Of a DNA stretch of 64,000 bases, positions 12,841 through 23,602 are shown piece by piece. Source of the DNA: Mobula hypostoma (taxonomy: Eukaryota); NCBI RefSeq assembly GCF_963921235.1, contig NC_086097.1:101186001-101250000 (forward strand), given 5' to 3'. The notes beneath the pieces are model-generated. The model did no database searches. It saw only the letters and a program-made list of their open reading frames with translations, and had not been told where the DNA came from. The position numbers were made by a program, and so were the translations under genes. Each line of letters begins with the position of its first letter. Position 1 is the stretch's first letter.

Positions 12841-13231
12841 GTATTCACAATGTGATCTACCAGACACTGCATTTATGGTGTAATCCCTCTACACTGTACT
12901 CACAGTGTGATCTCCTCAAGACAGTATGACCTCCACAACAAAGCATCCACAGAGTGATATCCCCTACACAGTATTCACAATGTGATCTACCAGACACTGC
13001 ATTTACGGTGTAATCCCTCTACACTGTACTCACAGTGTGACCTCCTCAAGACAGTATGACCTCCACAACAAAGCATCCACAGAGTGATATCCCCTACACA
13101 GTATTCACAATGTGATCTACCAGACACTGCATTTACGGTGTAATCCCTCTACACTGTACTCACAGTGTGACCTCCTCAAGACAGTATGACCTCCACAACA
13201 AAGCATCCACAGAGTGATATCCCCTACACAG
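12841..13231. repeat. 3 x 130-bp tandem repeat built from degenerate 28-mers
   Basis: gtattcacaatgtgatctaccagacactgc at 12841, 12971 and 13101. Confidence 0.95.
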
Positions 13232-13742
13232 TATTCACAATATTATCTCCCAGTGTGATCTCCCCTACACATTATTCACAATATCATCACGCCCAGTGTG
13301 ATCTCCACCATACAGTATTCACCATATCATCTCTCTCACTGTGATCTCCCCTACACAGTGTTCGCAATATCACCTCCCCAGTGTGATCACCCCTGAACTT
13401 ATTCAGAATATCATCTCCTTCAATGTGATCTCTCCTACACAGTATTCACAATATCATCTCTCCCAGTGTATTCTCCCCTACACAGTATTCACAATATCAT
13501 CTCTCTCAGTGTGATCTCCACTACATAGTATTCATAATATCATCTCCCCCAATGTGATCTCCTCTACACAGTATTCACAAAATCATCTCCCCTAGTGTGA
13601 GCTCCCCTCCAATTATTCATATCATCTCTCTCAGAATGATCTCTACTACACAGTATTCATAATATCATCACCCCAGTGTGATCTCCCGTACAGATTAATC
13701 ACAATATCATCTCCCTCTGTGTGCTCTCCCCTACACAGTATT

Positions 13743-15020
13743 CAATAGACAATAGGTGCAGGAGTAGGCCATTCGGCCCCTTGAGACAGCACTACCATTC
13801 ACTGTGATCATGGCTGATCATCCACAATCAGTACCCTTTTCCTGCTTTCTCCCTACATCCCTTCACTCTGCTATCTTTAAGAGCTCTATCTAAGTCTTTC
13901 TTGAAAGAATCCAGAGAATTGGCCTCCACTGCCTTCTGAGGCAGAGGATTCCACAGAACCACAACCCTCTGTGTGAAAAAGTTTTTCCTCATCTCTGTTC
14001 TAAATTGTCTACCCCTTATTCTTAAACTGTGGCCTCTGGTTCTGCACTCCCCCAAAATCGGGAACATGTTTCCTGCCTCTAGTGTGTCCAATCACTTAAT
14101 AATCTTATATGTTTCAATCAGATCCCCTCTCATCCTTCTAAATTCCAGTGTATACAAGCCCAGTCGCTCCAATCTTTCAACATATGACAGTCCTGCCATC
14201 CCAGGAATTAACCTCGTGAACCTACGCTGCACTCCCTCAATAGCTAGAATGTCCTTCCTCAAATTTGGAGACAAAAACTGTACACAATATTTCAGGTGTG
14301 GTCTCACCAGGGCCCTGTACAACTGCAGAAGGACCTCTTTGCTCCTATACTCAATTCCCCTTGTTATGAAGGCCAGCATGCCATTAGATTTCTTCACTGC
14401 CTGCTGTACCTGCATGCTTACTTTCAGTGACTGATGAACAAGGACACCTAGATCTCGTTGTACCTCCCCTTTTCCTAACTTGACACCATTCAGATAGTAA
14501 TCTGCCTTCCTGTTCTTGCCACCAAAGTGGATAACCTCACATTTATCCACATTAAACTGCATCTGCCATGCATCTGCCCACTCACCCAACCTGTCCAAGT
14601 CACCCTGCATTCTCATAACATCCTCCTCACATTTCACACTGCCACCCAGCTTTGTGTCATCTGCAAATTTGCTAATGTTACTTTTAATCCCTTCATCTAA
14701 ATCATTAATGTATATTGTAAATAGCTGTGGTCCCAACACCGAGCCTTGCGGTACCCCACTAGTCACTGCCTGCCATTCCGAAAAGGACCCATTAATCCCC
14801 ACTCTTTGTTTCCTGTCTGCCAACCAATTTTCTAACCCTGTCAGTACCCTACCCCCAATACCATTTGCTCTAATGCACACTAACCTCCTATGTGGGATCT
14901 TATCAAAGGCTTTCTGAAAGTCCAGGTACACTACATCTACTGGCTTTCCCATGTCCATTTTCATAGTTACATTCTCAAAAAATTCCAGAAGATTAGTCAA
15001 GCATGATTTCCCCTTCGTAA
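13743..15020 (-). mobile_element. 5'-truncated young CR1 LINE inserted in the 43-bp satellite
   Basis: 302-aa ORF 14092-15000 (LDFQKAFD, GVPQGSVLGP, KFADDTK) plus 13828-14091; same 3' tail as 1950-3725. Confidence 0.95.
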
Positions 15021-16206
15021 GTTCACAATGTCATCTCTCTTAGTGTGATCTCCGCGACACAGTATTCACAATATCATCTCCCCCAGTGTGAGCTCCCCTC
15101 CAATTATTCACATCATCTTTCTCAGAATGATCTCTACTACACAGTATTCACAATATCATCACTCCAGTGTGATCTCCCCTACACGGTATTCACAATATCA
15201 TCACCCCAGTGTGATCTCCCGTACGGAGTATTCACAATATCATCTACCTCTTTGTGATCTCCCCTAAACATATTCACAATATCATCTCCCTCAGTGTGAC
15301 CTCCCCTACACAGTTTTCACAATATCATCTCTCCCAGTGTGATTTCGCCAACAGATTATTCACAATACCATCTCCCTCTGTGTGATCTCCCCTACACAGT
15401 ATTCACAAAATCATCTCCTCCGTGTGATCTCCCTTACACAGTATTCACATTGTCATCTCCCCCAGTGTGAGCTCCCCCTCAATTATTCACATCATCTCTC
15501 TCAGAATGATCTCTACTACACAGTATTCACAATATCATCTCCCTCAGTGTTATCACCCCTGAACTTAATCACAACATCTCCCTCAGTGTGATCTCCTGTA
15601 CAGTATTCAGAATATCATCTCCTCAGTGTGATCTCCCCTACACAGTTTTCACAATATCATCTCCTTCACTGTGATCTTCCCTACACAGTACTCACAATAT
15701 GATCTCCCCCAGTGTGATCTCCCTTACATAGTATTCACAATATCATCCACCCAGTGTGATCACCCCTGAACTTATTCACAATTATCATCTCCCTCAGTGT
15801 GATCTCCGCAACACAGTATTCACAATATCATCTCTCCCAGTGTGATTTCGCCAACAGATTATTCACAATACCATCTCCCTCTGTGTGATCTTCCCTACAC
15901 AGTACTCACAATATGATCTCCCCCAGTGTGATCTCCCTTACATAATATTCACAATATCATCCACCCAGTGTGATCACCCCTGAACTTATTCACAATTATC
16001 ATCTCCCTCAGTGTGATCTCCGCAACACAGTATTCACAATATCATCTCCCCCAGTGTGAGCTCCCCTCCAATTATTCACATCATCTCTCTCAGAATGATC
16101 TCTACTACACAGTATTCACAATATCATCTCCTCCGTGTGATCTCCCCTACACTGTATTCACAATATCATCTCCCTCAGCATGATCTCCTCTACACAGTAT
16201 TCACAA

Positions 16207-17315
16207 TCTTCAACTTCCTCACAGACAGCACCCAGGCTGTAAAAATAGGGGACAAGCTCTCCTCTACAATCACTCTGAGCACCGGTGCCCCACAAGGCTG
16301 TGTACTCAGCCCCCTGCTGTACTCACTGTACACCCATGATTGTGTAGCCAAGTTTCCATCGAGCTCAATATATGAGTTTGCTGATGACACAACAATTGTA
16401 GGCCGTATCTCGGGTAATGATGAGTTTGAGTACAGAGAGGAAATTAAGAACCTGGTGGCATGGTGCGAAGACAATAACCTATCCCTCAATGTCAGCAAGA
16501 CGAAGGAATCGGTTGTTGACTTCAGAAGGAGTAGCGGACCGCACGACCCAATTTACATCGGTGGTGCGCAAGTGGAACAGGTCAAAAGCTTTAAGTTCCT
16601 CGGGGTCAATATCACAAATGACCTGACTTGGTCCAACCAAGCAGAGTCCACTGCCAAGAAGGCCCATCAGCGCCTTTACTTCCTGAGAAAACTAAAGAAA
16701 TTTGGCCTGTCCCCTAAAACCCTCACTAATTTTTATAGATGCACCATAGAAAGCATCCTTCTAAGGTGCATCACAACCTGGTATGGAAGTTGTCCCGTCC
16801 AAGACTGAAAGAAGCTGCAGAAGATTGTGAACACAGCCCAGCACATCACACAAACCAATCTTCCATCCGTGGACTCACTTTACACCACATGCTGTCGGAG
16901 CAGTACTGCCAGGATAATCAAGGACATGACCCACCCAGCCAACACACTTTTCGTCCCTCTTCCCTCCAGGAGAAGGCTCAGGATCTTGAAGACTCGTACG
17001 GCCAGATTTGGGAACAGCTTCTTTCCAACTGTGATAAGACTGTTGAACGGATCCTGACCCGGATCTGGGCCGTACCCTCCAAATATCTGGACCTGCCTCT
17101 CGGTTTTTTTTCACTACCGTACTTTCCATTTTTCTATTTTCTATTTATGATTTATAATTTAAATGTTTAATATTTACTAATTTTTACTATTTTTAATATT
17201 TTTAATATTTAATATTTGTAATCCAGGGAGCGGGAAGCACAGAATCAAATATCATTGTGATGATTGTACGTTCTAGTATCAACTGTTTGGCGACAATAAA
17301 GTATAAAGTATAAGT
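16207..17315 (+). mobile_element. 5'-truncated Rex/Babar-type LINE inserted in the 43-bp satellite
   Basis: TGAPQGCVLSPLLYSLYTHDC, EFADDT, LNVSKTKE, KKAHQRLYFLRKL; one stop at 16806-16808; AATAAA then an (AAGTAT)n-like tail. Clade assigned from motif recall. Confidence 0.88.
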
Positions 17316-17793
17316 ATATCATCTCCTCTGTGTGATCTCCCCTACACATTATTCACAATATCAACTCCCTCAGTCTGATCTCCCCTACATTGTATTCACA
17401 ATATCATCTCTCTCAGTGTGATTTCCGCTGCACGGTATTCACAATATCATCTCTCTCAGTGTGATCTTCCCTACACACTATTCACGATATCATCTCTCTC
17501 AGTGTGATTTCCCCTACACATTATTCACAATATCATCTCCCTCAGCGTGATCTTTCCTACACAGTATTCACAATATCATCTCTCTCAGTGTAATCTCCCC
17601 TACACAGTATTCACAATATCATCTCCCTCAGTGTGATCTCCCCTACACAGTATTCACAATATCATCTCCTCTAGTGTGATCTCCCCTACACAGTATTCAC
17701 AATATCATCTCCCTCAGTGTGATCTCCCCTACACAGTATTCACAATATCATCTCTTCCAGTGTGATCTCCCCTACACAGTATTCACAATATCA

Positions 17794-20700
17794 GGCAACA
17801 TACACAAAAAATGCTGGTGAACGCAGCAGGCCAGGCAGCATGTATGGGAAGAGGTACAGTCGACGTTTTTGGCCGAGACCCTTCGTCAGGACTAACTGAA
17901 AGAAGAGATAGTAAGAGATTTGAAAGTGGGAGGGGGAGGGGGAGATCCGAAATGATAGGAGAAGACAGGAGGGGGAGTGATGTTGCTAAGAATTGGAAAT
18001 TTGATTGTCAAAAGAGGTACAAGTCTGGAGAAGGGAGAGGATCATGGGACAGGAGGCCTAGGGAGAAAGAAAGGGGACGGGGAGCCCAGAGGATGGGCAT
18101 GGAGTTATAGTAAGAGGGATGGAGGGAGAAAAAAGAGAGAGAGAATAAATAAATAAATAGATAGATAGGTAAATAAGGGATGGGGTACGAAGGGAAGGTG
18201 GAGCATTAACGAAAGTTAGAGAAGTCAATGTTCATGCCATCAGGTTGGAGGCTACCCAGACGGAATATAAGGTACTGTTCCTCCAACCTGAGTGTGGCTT
18301 CATCTTGACAGTAGAGGAGGCCGTGGATAGACATGTCAGAATGGGAATGGGACATGAAATTAAAATATGTGGCCACTGGGAGATCCTGCTTTCTCTGGCG
18401 GACAGAGCGTAGGTGTTCAGCGAAACGGTCTCCCAGCCTGCATCGGGTCTCGCCAATATATAGAAGGCCGCACCGGGAGCACCGGATGCAGTATATCACC
18501 CCAGCCGACTCACAGGTGAAGTGTTGCCTCACCTGGAAGGACTGTCTGGGGCCCTGAATGGTGGTGAGGGAGGAAGTGTAAGGGCATGTGTAGCACTTGT
18601 TCCGCTTACAAGAATAAGTGCCGGGAGCGAGATCGGTGGGAAGGGATGGGGAGGACAAATGGACAAGGGAGTCACGTCGGGAGCAATCCCTGTGGAAAGC
18701 AGAAAGGGGTGAAAAGGAAAGATGTGCTTAGTGGTGGGATCCCGTTGGAGGTGGTGGACGTTATGGAGAATTATATGTTGGACCCGGAGGCTGGTGGGGT
18801 GGTAGGTAAGGACAAGGGGAATGCTATTCCTAGTGGGGTGGCGGGAGGATGGCGTGAGAGTAGATGTGCATGAAATAGGGGAGATGCGTTTGAGAGCAGA
18901 GTTGATGGTGGAGGAAGGGAAGCCCCTTTCTTTACAAAAGGAGGACATCTCCTTCGTCCTGGAATGAAAAGCCTCATCCTGAGAACAGATGCAGTGGAGA
19001 CAGAGGAATTACGAGAAGGGGATGCCATTTTTGCAAGAGTCAAGGTGGAAAGAGGAATGGTCCAGGTAGCTGTGAGAGTTCGTAGGCTTATAGTAGACAT
19101 CAGTAGATAAGTTGTCTCCAGGGACAGAGACAGAAAGATCAAGAAAGGAGAGGGAGGTGTCTGAAATGGACCAGGTAAACTTGAGGGCAGGGTGAAAGTT
19201 GGAGGCAAAGTTAATGAAGTCAACGAGCTCAGCATGTGTGCAGGAAGCAGCGCCAATGCAGTCGTCGATGTAGTGAAGGAAAAGTGGGGGACAGATACCA
19301 GTATAGGCTTGGAACATGGATTGTTCCACAAAGCCAACAAAAAGGCAGGCATAGCTGGGACCCATACGGGTGCCCATGGCTACACCTTTAGTTTGGAGGA
19401 AGTGGGAGGAGCCAAAGGAGAAATTATTAAGAGTAAGGACTAATTCCGCTAGACGGAGCAGAGTGGTGGTAGAGGGGAACTGGTTAGGTCTGGAATTCAA
19501 AAAAAAGCAGAGAGTTTTGAGACCTTCCTGGTGGGGGATAGAGGTATATAGGGACTGGACATCCATGGTGAAAATAAGGTGGTGAGGGCCAGGGAACTTA
19601 AAATCATTGAAATAATTCAGCGTGAGAGGTGTCACGAACATAGGTGGGAAGGGATTGAACAAGGGGGGATAAAACCGTGTCGAGGTATGCAGAAATGAGT
19701 TCGGTAGGGCAGGAGCAAGCTGAGACAATAGGTCTACCCGGACAGGCAGGTTTGTGGATCTTGGGTAGGAGGTAGAAACGGGAAGTGCGGGGTGTGGGAA
19801 CTATAAGGTTGGTAGCAGTGGATGGGAGATTCCCTGAGCTGATAAAGTTGGTGATGGTGTGTGAGACAATGGTTTGGTGCTCTTTAGTGGGTCATGATCG
19901 AGGGGTAAATAAGAGGAGGTATCCATGAGTTGTTGCTGTGCCTCGGCAAGGTAGAGGTCAGTACACCAGACTACAACAGCACCCCCCTTATCGGCGGGTT
20001 TAATAATAAGGTTAGGATTAGTGCGGAGGGAGTGGAGAGCAGAGTGTTCGGAAGAAGTGAGGTTGGAATTGGAACAAGGTGTGGTGAAGTCCCATCAGCA
20101 GTTAGAAATAAAAAGATCCAGAGCAGGCAGAAGACCAGGGCGGGGTGTCCATGAAGAGGAGAAGGGGTCATTGGTGGGGGTGGGAGAGTCCTTGCCGAAG
20201 CAGTAGGCTTGAAGACGGAGCCGGCGGAAGAGGAGTTCCGCATCATGGCAAACGCGGAACTCGCTGAGGTGTGGGCAAAGGGGGATAAAGGTGAGGCCCT
20301 CACTGAGGACAGAGCGTTCTGCCTCCGACAGTTGAAGATTGGAGGGGATGGTAAAGACCCGGCACGGATGAGAAGTGGGATCAGAGGGGGAAGGGGGAGG
20401 GAGGCTGGTGGTGTCGGTGGAGAAGGGAGGGTTGGGGTGAGAGGAAGATGGAGCCTCTGAGGGTCCAGGAGCTGACGATGGGATCTGAGAGAGATGGGGT
20501 TGCAGAGTGATGGTGGGGGAAGAGGAGACGGGAGTCACAATAGCGGCACGTGAAGACCCAGCCTGGAGTTCAAGGCAGGATTCACAGTTGGAGTTAGCGC
20601 AATCGCTTTGAAGGTGTCCATGGTCATTGGAACCCGCATTGATGGTGCTGAAGTCCGGGTTTTGAATATGCCCTGAGTTGCTGGAGCTGGCGAGATCAAT

Positions 20701-21567
20701 GGTGGGGACCGCAATCTGAAGTTCATGCCTGCTAGCATCGGGGCCAGAGGGCTTTGGGGTCTGCAGATGTAAGATCTTGCGATCCTTGCCTAACATGACA
20801 AAATCAAAAAAATGGCAATTGCAGGCATGGATCCAACGGAGGATGAAATAACGGGCAGGTTCATTACAGATGGCAAAGACAGTGTCTCGGAGGTGTGGAA
20901 GGGTCTGGGATAGGGACGCCAAGTACCTCCTCATGGCGGAGAGGGCAACGCTTCACCTGCGAGTCGGCTGGGGTGATATACTGCGTCTAGTGCTCCCGAT
21001 GCAGCCTTCGACATATAGGTGAGACCCAACGCAAGCTGGGAGACTGTTTCGCTGAACACCTACGCTCTGTCCGCCAGAGAAAGTAGGATCTCCCAGTGGC
21101 CACATATTTTAATTCCATGTCCCATTCCCATTCTGATATGTCTATACACGGCCTCCTCTACTGTAAAGATGAAGCCACACTCAGGTTGGAGGAACAACAC
21201 CTTATATTCTGTCTGGGTAGCTTCCAACCTGATGGCATGAACATTGACTTCTCAAACTTCCGTTAATGGCCCACCTCCCCCTCGTACCCCATCCGTTGTT
21301 TATTTATTTATTTATTCATGCATTCATCCCCCCCTTTTTTTTCTCTCTTTTTTCTCCCTCAGTCCCTCTCACTATAACTCCTTGCCCATCCTCTGGGCTC
21401 CCCTCCCTCTTTCTTTCTCCCTCGGCCTCCTGCCCCATGATCCTCTCCCTTAACCAGCCTCGTATCCCTTTTGCCAATCAACCTGGCCTACTGCGTTCAC
21501 CAAAATTTTTTGTGTGTGTTGCTTGAATTTCCACAATCCGCAGATTTCCTCATGTTTGCGTTTTTAA
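17794..21567 (-). mobile_element. Penelope-like retroelement (RT + GIY-YIG), frameshifted, with inverted terminal copy
   Basis: Minus-strand ORF pieces 20095-20934, 19009-19728 (TMDVQSLYTSIP, QTKGVAMGTRMGPSYA, YIDD) and 18206-18658 (CKRNKCYTC linker; VIYCIRC..CGLLYIGET..RFAEH). 20951-21567 is an inverted copy of ~17794-18522. Confidence 0.93.
17856..17894 (-). ncRNA. Minimal type I hammerhead ribozyme of the Penelope pLTR, probably inactivated
   Basis: Minus strand reads agtc-CTGACGA-agggtctcggcc-aAAAACGTC-gact: CUGANGA core, stem I agtc/gact and palindromic ACGT are present, but GAAA reads AAAA. Confidence 0.75.
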
Positions 21568-22689
21568 ATTCACAATATCATCTCCCTCAGTGTAATCTCC
21601 CTACACAGTATTCACAATATCATCTCCCCCAGTATGATCTCCCCGACACAGTATTCACAATATCATCTCTCTCAGTGTGATCTCCCCTACACAGTATTCA
21701 CAATATCATCTCCCCCAGTATGATCTCCCCTACACAGTATTCACAATATCATCTCCCTCAGTGTGATCTCCCCTACACAGTACTCACAATATTATCTCCC
21801 TCAGTGTGATCTCCCCTACACAGTATTCACAATATCATCTCCCCCAGTATGATCTCCCCAACACAGTATTCACAATATCATCTCCCCCAGTATGATCTTC
21901 CCGACACAGTATTCACAATGTCATCTCCCTCAGTGTGATCTCCCCTACACAGTATTCACAATATCATCTCCCTCAGTGTGATCTCCCCTACACAGTATTC
22001 ACAATATCATCTCCCTCAGTGTGATCTCCCCAACACATTATTCACAATATCATCTCCCCCAGTGTGATCTCCCCGACACAGTATTCACAATATCATCTCC
22101 CTCAGTGTGATCTCCCCTACACAGTATTCACAATATCATCTCCCTCAGTGTGATCTCCCCAACACATTATTCACAATATCATCTCCCCCAGTGTGATCTC
22201 CCCGACACAGTATTCACAATATCATCTCCCTCAGTGTGATCTCCCCTACACAGTATTCACAATATCATCTCCCCCAGTATGATCTCCCCGACACAGTATT
22301 CACAATATCATCTCCCTCAGTGTGATCTCCCCGACACAGTATTCACAATATCATCTTCCCCAGTATGATCTTCCCAACACAGTATTCACAATATCATCTC
22401 CCTCAGTATGATCTCCCCGACACAGTATTCACAATATCATCTCCCCCAGTATGATCTTCCCGACACAGTATTCACAATATCATCTCCCCCAGTATGATCT
22501 TCCCGACACAGTATTCACAATATCATCTCCCTCAGTGTGATCTCCCCTACACAGTATTTACAGTATCATCACCCCTTCACATTCACAATATTCTCACCCT
22601 CTCAGTCTGATCTCGCCTACACTGTCTACTGCTGCAACCTCCCTTACAATATACACAGAGTGTAATCTCCGGAAATTGTGTCGCTGCAT

Positions 22690-23095
22690 ACACTTGTCAT
22701 GCCTGCAGGGATTAGCACCTGGAGGGTGATCAGTGCTGATGGATGAGTGGACGAGGGAGTGATGCCAATGGAGAATGGAGATGGGGTGGGTGTGGTCAAT
22801 GGCAGAATCCCATTGGAGATGGAAGTTAGCAGAAGGATGTGTTGGTTATGCAGGTCTGTGGGTCAAAGGGGAATCTTGTCTCTTTTCCGGTGGGAGGAAG
22901 TTGTGGTGAGTGGGGATGTGTGGGAAGTGGAGGAAATGCCAGTGAGGAAAGCATTGATGGTGATCGGAGAGAAACCCTGTACTTTGAGAAGGTGGACAAC
23001 TGTTATGTTCTGGAATAGAAAATCTCAACCTAAGAACAGATGCAGTGGAGATGGAGGAAGTGAGATAAGGATTAGCATTTTTACAAGTGATAGGA
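22690..23095 (-). mobile_element. Old Penelope-like fragment
   Basis: Similar to ~18730-19050 (gaatcccattggagatgg; agaacagatgcagtggaga). Confidence 0.7.
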
Positions 23096-23290
23096 TGAAA
23101 AGCATACTGAGTATATTTACTGTATTCCTGATATCATCTCCCTCATAGACATTGACGGTGTGATATCTCTGACTCTGTATTTCCACTGCAATTACCACAG
23201 ACAGTGTTCTTGATGTGATCTCCCTACACTAAACTTACAGTGCAACCTCCCCAGCCTGTGATCACCGTGTGGTCTCCCCACACTGTGTTC

Positions 23291-23602
23291 GTAAGGCATC
23301 CGTTAGTTTTGCGAGACCATGGATCTGCGCCTGGAAAGTCTTCACTCTCCAGGGTGCAGGCCTGGGCAAGGTTGTATGGAAGACCTGCAGTTGCTCATGC
23401 TGCAAGTCTCCCCTTTCCACAACACCAATGCTGTCCAAGGGAAGGGCATTAGGACCCATACAGCTTGGCAGCAGTGTCATCGCAGAGCAATGTGTGATTA
23501 AGTGCCTTGCTCAAGGACACAACACGTTCCCTCGGCTGGGGCACAAACTCACGACCTTCAGGTCGCTAGTCCAATGCCCTAACCACTTGGCCACCTGCCC
23601 AC
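23291..23602 (-). mobile_element. tRNA-derived SINE
   Basis: Minus strand: A-box-like TGGCCAAGTGG, degenerate B-box (gtgagtttgtgcccc), then gtgtccttgagcaaggcacttaa typical of vertebrate SINE heads; possibly RTE-type tail. Confidence 0.7.

Larger units (their letters stand above)
13232..22565. repeat. 43-bp minisatellite (CAGTATTCACAATATCATCTCCCTCAGTGTGATCTCCCCTACA) in four blocks: ~13232-13742, ~15021-16206, ~17316-17793, ~21568-22565
   Basis: Period read directly (tatcatc at 21661 and 21704). The blocks are separated by three retroelement insertions. Confidence 0.95.

Noticed and set aside
16056..16808. Satellite-peptide/RT fusion protein
   Set aside because: In-frame read-through from the satellite into a 5'-truncated LINE; non-ATG start and premature stop.
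23520..23602. tRNA gene
   Set aside because: Degenerate B-box and continuation into a SINE body; no clean cloverleaf.
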